Of a stretch of DNA of 64,000 nt, positions 10,368 to 19,496 are shown piece by piece. Source of the DNA: an uncultured Staphylococcaceae bacterium (GTDB lineage: Bacteria; Bacillota_I; Bacilli_A; ML615J-28; CAG-313); the NCBI GenBank assembly GCA_964409955.1, contig CAYPEY010000002.1, positions 17,620 through 81,619 of the forward strand. Reading direction: 5' to 3'. The notes beneath the pieces are model-generated. The model was given only the letters and a program-made list of their open reading frames with translations. It was not told the DNA's origin and did not search any database. The stretch's first letter is position 1. Each line of letters starts with the position of its first letter. The position numbers were made by a program, and so were the translations under genes.

Positions 10368-11342
10368 TTATAAGTTTTCTTTATACCAAGCTATTGCTTC
10401 GTTTAATCCTTTTTCAAAATCATAATCAGGATCATATCCTAATAATTTTTGTGCTTTAGATATATCTGCATTAGAATGTTTTATATCTCCAAGTCTATCT
10501 GGTCCAAATATTGGTTCAATATCTTTTCCTAATGCTTTTGTTAAAGCATAATAAATATCTATTAGATATTCTCTATCTCCATAAGCAATATTAAAAGCTT
10601 CTCCTGCTGCACTACTTGGTGCAAGACATGCTTTTAAATTTGCTTCAATTACATTTTCTATATATGTAAAATCTCTACTTTGTTTACCATCACCATGAAT
10701 AACAGGTTGTTCGTTATCAAGAAGTTGTTTAATAAACTTAGGAATAACTGCGGCATATGCACCATTTGGATCTTGTCTGCGACCAAATACATTAAAGTAT
10801 CTCATTCCATATGTATCAAGTCCATATAGTTTTGTATATAATTTTGCATATTCTTCATCACATCTTTTTGTTAATGCGTAAGGTGATAAAAGATTTCCCT
10901 CTAATCCTTCTTTTTTAGGAAGTGTTGGTTCATCTCCATATACACTAGATGATGATGCGTAAACAAATTTTTTAACTTTGTTGATGCGTGCTGCTTCAAG
11001 CATATTAAGGGTTCCTTCAATATTGTTTTTACAATAGAAAATTGGTTCTTCAATTGATCTAGGGACACTTCCCCAAGCAGCTTGATTTAAAACATAATCA
11101 ACACCTTCACAAGCTTTAATACATGTATCTAAATCTTTAATATCACCTTTAATAAATTCATAATTTGGATTATCTTTAAACATCTCAACATATTCAATTT
11201 TACCTGTTGATAAATCGTCTAAACATCTTACTTTATATCCCATATTAAGAATTGCTTCACAAAGGTTTGACCCTATAAATCCAGCTCCACCAGTTACTAA
11301 GAAAAGAGTACCTTCTTCGAATTTTAAATGCTTATATCCCAT
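10368..11342 (-). CDS. NAD-dependent nucleotide-sugar 4-epimerase (WbpP/TviC-like, UDP-GlcNAcA/UDP-GlcA or UDP-GlcNAc 4-epimerase)
   Basis: LVTGGAGFIGSNL Rossmann motif and YxxxK region (YALTKRCDEEYAKLY). It lies immediately downstream of a TviB/WbpO-like dehydrogenase, as in Vi and B-band O-antigen loci. Confidence 0.7.
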   Translation of the reverse strand: MGYKHLKFEEGTLFLVTGGAGFIGSNLCEAILNMGYKVRCLDDLSTGKIEYVEMFKDNPNYEFIKGDIKDLDTCIKACEGVDYVLNQAAWGSVPRSIEEPIFYCKNNIEGTLNMLEAARINKVKKFVYASSSSVYGDEPTLPKKEGLEGNLLSPYALTKRCDEEYAKLYTKLYGLDTYGMRYFNVFGRRQDPNGAYAAVIPKFIKQLLDNEQPVIHGDGKQSRDFTYIENVIEANLKACLAPSSAAGEAFNIAYGDREYLIDIYYALTKALGKDIEPIFGPDRLGDIKHSNADISKAQKLLGYDPDYDFEKGLNEAIAWYKENL

Positions 11343-11345
11343 AAA

Positions 11346-12662
11346 TTATAATCTCCAATAGCTGTATCCAGCTTTTTCATATTCATCTCTATTAAGAAGT
11401 CCTTTAACATCTACTAATACTTTTTGTCCTTCACCAAATAAATTATCAATTTGGTTCATTGTAAATTGTTTGAATTCATCATGAGCAACTGCAAGAACTA
11501 CTGCATCCATATTTCTAACATCATTAATATCAACAAATTCAATACCATACAAATGAAGAGCTTCTTCTTTATCTGCAGTAGGGTCTGCAACAACTGGTTC
11601 AATACCATATTCTCTTAATTCCTTGATAATATCAAAAACTTTAGAATTTCTTGTATCTGGGCAGTTTTCTTTAAATGTAAATCCTAAAATTGCAACACGA
11701 GCACCTTTTACAGATTTTGATGCTTTGATAAGATTTTTAACTACGTTTTCAGCAACGTATTTTCCCATATCATCATTTATTCTTCTACCTGCTAAAATTA
11801 CTTGTGAATGATATCCTAACATTTCTGCTTTATATGTTAAATAATATGGGTCAACACCAATACAATGTCCTCCAACAAGACCAGGATAGAATTTTAAGAA
11901 ATTCCATTTAGTACCTGCAGCTTCTAATACTGATTTTGTATCAATGCCAATTTTATTAAATATTATTGATAATTCATTCATGAATGCTATATTAATATCA
12001 CGTTGTGAATTTTCAATAACTTTTGCTGCTTCAGCAACTTTAATAGAGTTAGCTCTATGAACTCCTGCTTCAACTACAAGTTCATAAACTTTAGCTACTA
12101 CATCTAAAGTTTCTTCGTCCATTCCTGAAACTATTTTTACAATTGTTTCAAGACGATGAACCTTATCACCTGGGTTAATTCTTTCAGGAGAATATCCTAC
12201 TTTAAAATCAGTTCCACAAACAAGTCCTGATTCTTTTTCAAGAATAGGTACACAAATATCTTCTGTTACACCTGGATACACTGTTGATTCAAAGACAACA
12301 ACACTTCCCTTTACTAAATTTCTACCTAAAATTCTACAAGCACCTTCGACTGGTGATAAATCTGGCATATGATCATCATGAACAGGTGTTGGTACTGCTA
12401 CTATATGAAATTTAGCATCACGTAATTTCGTTTCATCCGCAGTAAATTCTACAGTTGTTGCTTTTATAGCATCATCACCAACTTCATTAGTTGGGTCTAT
12501 TCCTGATTTATAAAGTTCTATTTTTTTGGCATTTAAGTCATATCCAACAACTTTTACCTTTTTTGCAAAAGCAACCGCTATTGGCATTCCAACATAACCA
12601 AGTCCTACTAGTGATATTTTTTCTTCACCATTTAATATTTTTTCATAAAGATTTTTGTACAT
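11346..12662 (-). CDS. Nucleotide-sugar 6-dehydrogenase (TviB/WbpO/CapL-like UDP-N-acetylhexosamine dehydrogenase)
   Basis: ISLVGLGYVGMPIAVAFAKK...GYDLNAKKIELYKSGIDPTNEV plus a catalytic Cys region (GGHCIGVDPYYL), characteristic of the UDP-glucose/GDP-mannose dehydrogenase family. Confidence 0.8.
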   Translation of the reverse strand: MYKNLYEKILNGEEKISLVGLGYVGMPIAVAFAKKVKVVGYDLNAKKIELYKSGIDPTNEVGDDAIKATTVEFTADETKLRDAKFHIVAVPTPVHDDHMPDLSPVEGACRILGRNLVKGSVVVFESTVYPGVTEDICVPILEKESGLVCGTDFKVGYSPERINPGDKVHRLETIVKIVSGMDEETLDVVAKVYELVVEAGVHRANSIKVAEAAKVIENSQRDINIAFMNELSIIFNKIGIDTKSVLEAAGTKWNFLKFYPGLVGGHCIGVDPYYLTYKAEMLGYHSQVILAGRRINDDMGKYVAENVVKNLIKASKSVKGARVAILGFTFKENCPDTRNSKVFDIIKELREYGIEPVVADPTADKEEALHLYGIEFVDINDVRNMDAVVLAVAHDEFKQFTMNQIDNLFGEGQKVLVDVKGLLNRDEYEKAGYSYWRL

Positions 12663-12674
12663 ATATTTACTCTC

Positions 12675-13778
12675 CTATAATTCCATAGTATTAATTACTG
12701 TTAAATTTACTTTTTTTACATCAAATTTATCTTCTACCATCTTACGGCCAAGACGTGCCATTTCAGGTATAATTTCTTTATGTTCGATAAAATAAATCAT
12801 TTTATCAGCTAAAGCATTTATATCTTTAGCTTCCACTAAATACCCATTTACTCCATCTACAACAGTTTCCCTGCATCCAGGAACATCTGTTGTAAGAATA
12901 GCTTTATATGAAGCCATTGCTTCAAGTACTGATTTTGGAGTCCCTTCTCGGTAAGATGGTAACACAAAAACACTACATTCTTTAAGATATGGTCTTACAT
13001 CTTTTTGCTCTCCAAAATATTCGACTACATTATTATCTATATAAACTTGTAATTCTTCAGGTTTTAAACTAGATGGATTAGTATCAAATGGGCCAACAAG
13101 TAAAAACCTGGTATTTGGGTATTGTTCTTTTACAAGACGAGCTGCCTCTAAATATTCTACAACACCTTTATCTTTAATTAAACGACTAACCGATAAGAAT
13201 GTTACATCACTTGGTAATTCTTGGGGAACAAAATTTTCAAGATTAACCCCTGATCCATGCATTATAACAACTTTATCTTGTTTAATAATACCTAGTTTTA
13301 TAAACAAATCAACGTCATCTTGGTTTTGAAAAAATACTTTTTTAGCTTTTTTAAGAGCTATCTTATATTCAGTTTTTAGAATAAACCTAACTAATGAGGC
13401 TTTTAATCCTTTAGATAAAAAAACAGAACCAACCCCAGCAATCAGTGGATATGTATCAATTTTATATTTTCTTGATGCAAGTCCACCATAAATAACAGGC
13501 TTTGCCTGATATGTAAAGATTTTATCTGGTTTTTCTTCTTTTAATATTTTCTTTAAATGTTTTAATGTTTTTAAATCTTTTAAAGGATTCATTCCATTTT
13601 TTTCAACATTAAATTTTCTATATTTAATTCCTACTTCTTTAAATGAATCTAACCATTTATTCTCATCTTCATTTCCTATTGCAATCACTTCATGTCCTCG
13701 CAATAAAAAATCCTTCATCATATCCATTCTAAACCAAAATAATGAAGGTGTGTGACTAGATATTACTAAAACTTTCAT
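12675..13778 (-). CDS. Glycosyltransferase family 4 (WbuB-like); first gene of the transferase operon
   Basis: GT4 C-terminal motif YREGTPKSVLEAMASYKAILTTDVPG. About 200 bp of non-coding sequence with a terminator lies upstream. Confidence 0.7.
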   Translation of the reverse strand: MKVLVISSHTPSLFWFRMDMMKDFLLRGHEVIAIGNEDENKWLDSFKEVGIKYRKFNVEKNGMNPLKDLKTLKHLKKILKEEKPDKIFTYQAKPVIYGGLASRKYKIDTYPLIAGVGSVFLSKGLKASLVRFILKTEYKIALKKAKKVFFQNQDDVDLFIKLGIIKQDKVVIMHGSGVNLENFVPQELPSDVTFLSVSRLIKDKGVVEYLEAARLVKEQYPNTRFLLVGPFDTNPSSLKPEELQVYIDNNVVEYFGEQKDVRPYLKECSVFVLPSYREGTPKSVLEAMASYKAILTTDVPGCRETVVDGVNGYLVEAKDINALADKMIYFIEHKEIIPEMARLGRKMVEDKFDVKKVNLTVINTMEL

Positions 13779-13955
13779 AAATATAACCTCATCTAGTTAA
13801 AAGTAATACATGTTGTAATATATAATGTGTGTATTTTACTTACTATTCTATTTCTTATTATACTATTTTTTTTCATTTTTTTCAAGTATAATTTACTATT
13901 TTATTAAATTATAATTCACTATTTTATTAAATTAGTTAGTTTTAATGTATTAAAC

Positions 13956-13981
13956 ATAAAAAATCGCATCCAAAGATACGA
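13956..13981 (-). terminator. Rho-independent terminator after the kinase gene
   Basis: Imperfect 8-bp stem atcgcatc/gatacgat with caaa loop. On the minus strand it is followed by a T-run (the plus-strand aaaaaa at 13956–13961). Confidence 0.45.
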
Positions 13982-13985
13982 TTTT

Positions 13986-15101
13986 TTAAATTTTTTGTAA
14001 TGTTTTTACTACTATTTGTTCAAGTTCTTTCATGTTTTGTTCAATAATTGATACAAGTTTTAATTGGTTTCTAGCACGTTCTAAATTAATATTAGGACGA
14101 CGTTTCTTTTGGTCTTGGTTAAGTTCAAAGTATTTATCACCATTGATATAGTCAGTTAAGAAACGCATGCCAAGTTCAAGGGTTATTGTATAATATCCTG
14201 TCATTAGAAGTGATATTTCTTCTTTTGTAATTAAACCTTTGATATTCTTTAAGAATCCTTCTGTGAATGCTTCAATGAGTTCAAAGTTAATATTTACTTT
14301 AGAAAGATCTGTTTCGTCTTCTTTTGCAGTTGATGCGCCAAGACGAAGGGCATCACCAAAGTCATATACAAGTGAACCTTTCATTACAGTATCTAAATCT
14401 ATCATACATAAAGCTTTAGTACCAGTTTTATCAAACATAATATTATTTAATTTTGTATCATTATGAACCACACGTCTTGGGATTTTTTTAGTTTCAAGAG
14501 CATTTACAATAGTTCCCATTGTAGATGATCTTTCATTTACAAAATTAATTAGGTCTGTACATTCTTCTACACGTCCTGCTAAATCTAGTTTTACCGCATT
14601 TGTAAAATCTTCAAAACGTGCTGGAGTATTATGAAAGTTTTTGATATTATCACTTACAAGTCTTGTATGAAAACCATCTAAAAGTTTATGGAATCTTCCG
14701 ATTGCAGCTCCTGCTTCATAAAAGATTTTAGGATCTTCAGTATTATCATATGTAACACCATCTATACAAGTATAGCATCGCCAATATTCATCTTTTACAA
14801 TCGCAAAATTTTCATCATACTTTGTTTTTATAACTGTTAAAGTAGAATTACGATAATTCTTACCTTCATATATTTCTTGTTTACGAATATAATTAGTTAT
14901 TAAATCAATGTTATGCATAACTCCAATTGGAGAATGGAAAACATTCTCATTGATTCTTTGCAAAATATATTTAGTATCTTCAAATTCTACTAAATATGTA
15001 TTGTTAATTAATCCCCCACCATATGGAGTAACACTAACAATATTGTCTACATTAAACCATTCTTTTAAAATTTTTCTTATTTTTTCATTATTTTTTAACA
15101 T
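13986..15101 (-). CDS. Phosphotransferase-family kinase (APH/choline-kinase fold; possibly a sugar-1-kinase or choline/ethanolamine kinase decorating the polysaccharide)
   Basis: Brenner-type catalytic motif HNDTKLNNIMFD and a downstream DLD. The ORF track begins at a GTG (15110); the ATG at 15101 has a GGTGA RBS. Confidence 0.55.
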   Translation of the reverse strand: MLKNNEKIRKILKEWFNVDNIVSVTPYGGGLINNTYLVEFEDTKYILQRINENVFHSPIGVMHNIDLITNYIRKQEIYEGKNYRNSTLTVIKTKYDENFAIVKDEYWRCYTCIDGVTYDNTEDPKIFYEAGAAIGRFHKLLDGFHTRLVSDNIKNFHNTPARFEDFTNAVKLDLAGRVEECTDLINFVNERSSTMGTIVNALETKKIPRRVVHNDTKLNNIMFDKTGTKALCMIDLDTVMKGSLVYDFGDALRLGASTAKEDETDLSKVNINFELIEAFTEGFLKNIKGLITKEEISLLMTGYYTITLELGMRFLTDYINGDKYFELNQDQKKRRPNINLERARNQLKLVSIIEQNMKELEQIVVKTLQKI

Positions 15102-15285
15102 TCTAATCACCTATAATATCTGTTGTATATTATGAATAAGATACTTATTTTGTTACAATTTAAATAAAGTTGTTAATTAATTTTTTCCTAGTGCCATATA
15201 TTTTATATTATAAATGAAACATAAATTATCTTATATATAGTATATCATTTTTTATACGCCTTGTCAAATTGCTATTTTATCCATT

Positions 15286-16430
15286 TTATAAAAAAGTATC
15301 AATTAAATTTCCTATCCATATTGATATATTCTTGATTTTTAATAGCTTAAATATACATATTCTAATAAAATCTATTATAGTGCAACTTAAATATATAATT
15401 ATGCACCACAAAAATATAGCCAAAATCATTATCGGCAAATTTTCATATGATAAATTAATAAATCCGAAATTAATCAAATTATAATAGATAAGCGGATGAA
15501 CATGAATTAAATAAACACCAAATGAAGTACTAGCACCAAGAGTAATTATTTTTTGATACCTTTTTTTAATTTGTAGCTTACTAAAAATTATTAAAAATAA
15601 TATTGAACTAATCACGATATTAGGTGATTGATAATATAGTAAATATGGTAAGTTATATTGTTTATTAAATATTTGTAGCACCATGAAATTAACTAATACA
15701 TTTACCGCTACAGTAACAAGCAATATTATAAATAAATATATAATGCATCTTTTAACTGTAAATTTTTTGAAAGGATCATATATTGAAACATACCCTCCAA
15801 CTAAATATAATATTGCTAACCACAAAAAAGAATATCCATAATTTATTGAATTATATTGTCCCCGAATAATACCAAAACAACAATAAATTATAAATACTAT
15901 AGTAGCATATTTTTTTAACTCTTTTCTTGGTACATTTAATAAGAGATAATTTAATAACGGCATAAACATAAATAATATTACATAAGCAGAAAAATACCAA
16001 TATTGTTCAAATGTAAAAGGTAAAAAGCCTTTTATTAATGTTTTAACCTCTAATACTCCAGTATTCATATATGTATATATAACATATACTATAGTAATTA
16101 TTATAGAATAAAATAACGCTTGTATCCAAAGTTGTATAAGATTAGAATATTTATGTTTAGATTTTATACCTACATAGCCAGATATTAACGCATAAATATT
16201 AACACATGTTAGGCTTATAACATATAAGAATTCTACTATTATACCTTTTGGTGAAAGAAGATTAAGATTCCCTCTTATGCCTCCTTGCCCCAAAATATGT
16301 GTAAGCACAACTAAAAACATCGAAACAATTCTAAGTAAATCAATCCCATAGTTTCTTTCTTTTTTTGTTTCTTTTTTTTACTATTATATTTTCGTAAGTT
16401 ATATTTGTTGCATTCTCCATAACGATATTC
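15286..16430 (-). pseudogene. Acyltransferase-3 family (OatA/OafA-like) membrane O-acyltransferase, frame-shifted at an A8 homopolymer. Codons 1–16 (MENATNITYENIIVKK, from the ATG at 16430 with RBS AAAAGGAG) are in one frame and the body (..KETKKERNYGIDLLRIVSMFLVVLTH.., ORF 15286–16320) is in another
   Basis: The body ORF carries the canonical Acyltransf_3 N-terminal motif GIDLLRIVSMFLVVLTH upstream of its first ATG, but no start codon in frame. A 26-codon ORF with a strong RBS ends 19 nt upstream. Removing one A from the A8 run (plus-strand T8 at 16372–16379) fuses them into one ORF of about 381 aa. Confidence 0.7.
16372..16379 (-). repeat. Homopolymeric A8 tract (T8 on the plus strand) at the frameshift site; a second A7 tract lies 6 nt downstream
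   Basis: Read directly: plus strand ...ctttctttttttgtttcttttttttac... Confidence 0.9.
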
Positions 16431-16757
16431 TCCTTTTATATTTATTATACAATAATATAATGTGTTTTTCAAATTAAATAACTTTTGCAAACACTTGTCT
16501 GATTACTTTATAACAAAATTCAACTTATTTAAAAATATCAACACAACTATAATTAAATTAGCACATTCATCATTAAATATATAATTTTTAATATACAAAA
16601 TCTGAATATTTAAAAACTAAAACGTAATTTAATATTTTTTATTCGTATTATATAAGCGAAAGGAGAATTTTTTCTATTCCATCAAACTTTCGATTATGCT
16701 TGCCATGCGGCTAATTTAGTATATAATATAGCCATAACAACTATTAGGAGGTGTAAT

Positions 16758-17021
16758 ATGATAATCATACCAATGCGTGATTTAAAAGATACGGTCAACA
16801 TAGAAAAACGATGTAAAGAAGCTAATGGACCTGTTTTTGTTACTAAAAATGGATATGGTAAATTAGTAGTCATGGATATATCTTATTACGAAAAATTAAT
16901 AAGTAAAATAAAAGAAGCTAAATTAATTAACCAAGGTTTATCAGATATAAACAATAATGAAGTTTTAGATGTAGAAACTGTAATGAAAAATATAGCTGAT
17001 AAATATGGATTTAAAAAATAA
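16758..17021 (+). CDS. Type II antitoxin, Phd/YefM family
   Basis: MIIIPMRDLKDTVNIEKRCKEANGPVFVTKNGYGKLVVMDISYYEKL matches the Phd/YefM fold pattern. Strong RBS AGGAGGTG. Overlaps the downstream toxin ORF by 17 nt. Confidence 0.65.
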   Translation: MIIIPMRDLKDTVNIEKRCKEANGPVFVTKNGYGKLVVMDISYYEKLISKIKEAKLINQGLSDINNNEVLDVETVMKNIADKYGFKK

Positions 17022-17325
17022 ATATGCTTTTACTAAAACTGCATATAAAGATTTAATAGATATTTTAAATTATATTTCTATAACTCTATCTAATTATAGA
17101 GCTGCTGAAAAATTATACAAAAATATCTTGCAAAAACTTGATCAATTAGTATATTTTTCAAATATGGGAGAAACAGTAAACAATACTTTTTTTAACAATA
17201 AAAATGTTAAAATAATAATGATAAACAAATTTAAATTGTACTATATTTTTTCTGAAGAAGAAAAAGAAATTATAATCTTAAGAATTTTATATTCTAAACA
17301 AATTCTTAAATTTTTAGAACTATAA
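17005..17325 (+). CDS. Type II toxin, RelE/ParE superfamily
   Basis: 106 aa. The N-terminal YAFTKTAYKDL and C-terminal KLYYIFSEEEKEIIILRILYSKQ resemble the RelE/ParE pattern (…yrliY.vd…v.vlrigHR…). Translationally coupled to the Phd-like gene. Confidence 0.5.
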   Translation: MDLKNKYAFTKTAYKDLIDILNYISITLSNYRAAEKLYKNILQKLDQLVYFSNMGETVNNTFFNNKNVKIIMINKFKLYYIFSEEEKEIIILRILYSKQILKFLEL

Positions 17326-17431
17326 TTTTTATAAGTAAAAACCTGTTCACAATTTGAAATAGTCAAGAAATTCATAACAATATCTATGATATATCTTTAT
17401 ATATATGATTGTTTTCTGCAATTTTCTTAAC

Positions 17432-17480
17432 AAAAGACTACAAATTTACTTTGTTTTCTAGTAAGTTTGTAGTCTTTTTC
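17432..17480. terminator. Bidirectional hairpin between the convergent parE-like and abiEii genes
   Basis: 12-bp perfect stem aaagactacaaa / tttgtagtcttt with a loop of about 22 nt, flanked by A- and T-runs. Confidence 0.45.
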
Positions 17481-17538
17481 TTTATTGGCTTTCTAATCTT
17501 TTGTATAATAAACTTTTAGTTAATCCAGTAATATTTCG

Positions 17539-18696
17539 CTACTGCTTTAATATGTCAATCAACTTTTCTAATCTAACGCTATCCTTCACAAACATTTTTT
17601 TATTTTCATATTCAATTACATAATACTTAGAATATGTATTTGTTTTATTACCAAAATTTAAAGTAAAATCGTCACTACAAATATATTGAAATAATATTTT
17701 ATTAATATTATTTATTTTATTTTTAAGTTCACTAGAAGAGCTACAATATATTGTAGATATTTTTTTTCTTTCTAATTCGTAGTTTACTCCCCATTTTGAT
17801 ACATCATATTTTATCAGTGATAAATTTATTTCATTAGATTTTAATTGTAAAATTCTTTGTTTAAAATAATTATTAGACCATATAGATATAAAATCAATAT
17901 TATCTAAAAAAGAAAATAAGTCTTTTTTAGCAATGTTTAAATCAATAGATTCTATTTTATCTATTAACATTTTTTGTACATCTAATATAGTTAAATTAAC
18001 ATTATCTTTTAAATGTCCTGTTTGAATCATTCTTTGTGACAAATGATGAACATTTAAAATACAATTATTCTTTATATAAAAATCTAGATCATACAAATCT
18101 CTTCCCTTTACTCTATTTTTCCATCCCCTACATAATACTGCATGCACTTTTCCAGCAAATAATGATGCTTCATCATATATTTTAATTTTATGAATTAAAG
18201 GAAATTCTTTTGTTTTATACTCATATGTTGCTCCAGCTGGCGGATTTACATCTATTTCAAACTTGATTTTAATTACTTCATTTTTTTGAATATGATTAGC
18301 TACATCATTTAACGGGTTTATTAATAACAAATGTTCTAACGTATTTCCTTTTAAAAATGCAGATTGGATATTTGATTCTTGTGTTTTTTCTTTCAATACT
18401 GGTTCAAAGTTTAACCCAAATTTTCTGAATGTATTAGAAATACTTGAAAAATATTTTTCTAAATTAAAATTTGAATTATGATTACATAAAGAAAAATCAA
18501 GACCCTCACTAAATCTATTTAACCCATAAAATATTCTCAGAGCTGTACCACCATAAAATGCAGCATGATCAAAAAAATCAGTTAAACTTAATGCATATAA
18601 AGTTATTTCTTGTACAATTTCTTTAAATGCATTGATATATTGTTCTTTTGTAGAACAATTATATTTAGTTAACATTTGTTCTATTAATGTTTTCAT
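17539..18696 (-). CDS. abiEii: AbiEii/AbiGii-family nucleotidyltransferase toxin (type IV TA / abortive infection)
   Basis: FYGGTALRIFYGLNRFSEGLDFSL is the DUF1814/AbiEii signature. ATGA overlap with the upstream antitoxin. Confidence 0.8.
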   Translation of the reverse strand: MKTLIEQMLTKYNCSTKEQYINAFKEIVQEITLYALSLTDFFDHAAFYGGTALRIFYGLNRFSEGLDFSLCNHNSNFNLEKYFSSISNTFRKFGLNFEPVLKEKTQESNIQSAFLKGNTLEHLLLINPLNDVANHIQKNEVIKIKFEIDVNPPAGATYEYKTKEFPLIHKIKIYDEASLFAGKVHAVLCRGWKNRVKGRDLYDLDFYIKNNCILNVHHLSQRMIQTGHLKDNVNLTILDVQKMLIDKIESIDLNIAKKDLFSFLDNIDFISIWSNNYFKQRILQLKSNEINLSLIKYDVSKWGVNYELERKKISTIYCSSSSELKNKINNINKILFQYICSDDFTLNFGNKTNTYSKYYVIEYENKKMFVKDSVRLEKLIDILKQ

Positions 18697-19280
18697 AAGT
18701 TATCCCCCAATAACATTTTCTTTAAAATTTTTAAATTTTTTCTTTTATAATAATCACAAATAGATATAATAGCTTCTTTATTTAACTTTGAAAAGTCTTC
18801 TTCATCAATTCTTAAATCATCAAACAATAATTCCTTTAATTGTTTTACTGAAGTTACTTGTGGTTTTTTGTATAATAAATCACACAAAGCTTTTTCAGGA
18901 GTTGCTATCATATAAGTATAATTATTCTCTTCTTTTATTATAATACCCATATTCCAAACATCTACTGGAATATCAGTGTAATAATAATTACCAAATATAT
19001 TACTTATATACTTATTATGCCTTTTTAAAGTTGTTGCAGAAGTATATACTTTGACTTGTTCTAAAATCAATCCATACTTTGATAATGCATATTCGAATGA
19101 AAGATATGATGGAGATTCTATTACATTAGCTAATAAATATCCTTCTACATTAATATTATCTTCGTATATACCTCTATTAACCTTATAAAACTTTCCACTA
19201 TCAATTTCTCTTTTAATTTTATCTTTTGGATTACTATAATTTTTATATTTTTCTAATAATTCTTTTGTAGTTAATATCAT
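18693..19280 (-). CDS. abiEi: AbiEi-family antitoxin / transcriptional regulator
   Basis: About 195 aa with N-terminal ILTTKELLEKY...GKFYKVNRGIY typical of AbiEi_4. The ATG at 19280 has a GGTGA RBS; the track's GTG start at 19289 is probably an over-extension. Confidence 0.75.
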   Translation of the reverse strand: MILTTKELLEKYKNYSNPKDKIKREIDSGKFYKVNRGIYEDNINVEGYLLANVIESPSYLSFEYALSKYGLILEQVKVYTSATTLKRHNKYISNIFGNYYYTDIPVDVWNMGIIIKEENNYTYMIATPEKALCDLLYKKPQVTSVKQLKELLFDDLRIDEEDFSKLNKEAIISICDYYKRKNLKILKKMLLGDNL

Positions 19281-19496
19281 TTTGCTCACCCAAGTCCAAT
19301 TTTATCATACTTCGTTGAGCAAATCAACATATATACATTTAATTATTCTAATTTAATAACATCTCAAAAAATATAGTTTTTATTTTAACACCTTACCTTT
19401 ACGCTTACATTTACCTAATAAGTAAGCGTGAAAGTAAAGTAATTAAATATTATACTCTTATTCTATAATCAAAGAGTTTCTTGTACATTCCTTTAT

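Noticed and set aside
13860-13940. Possibility that the 23-bp tandem repeats are a CRISPR array
   Set aside because: There are only two copies, with a 9-bp gap rather than a unique spacer of about 30 bp, and there are no cas genes anywhere in the window.
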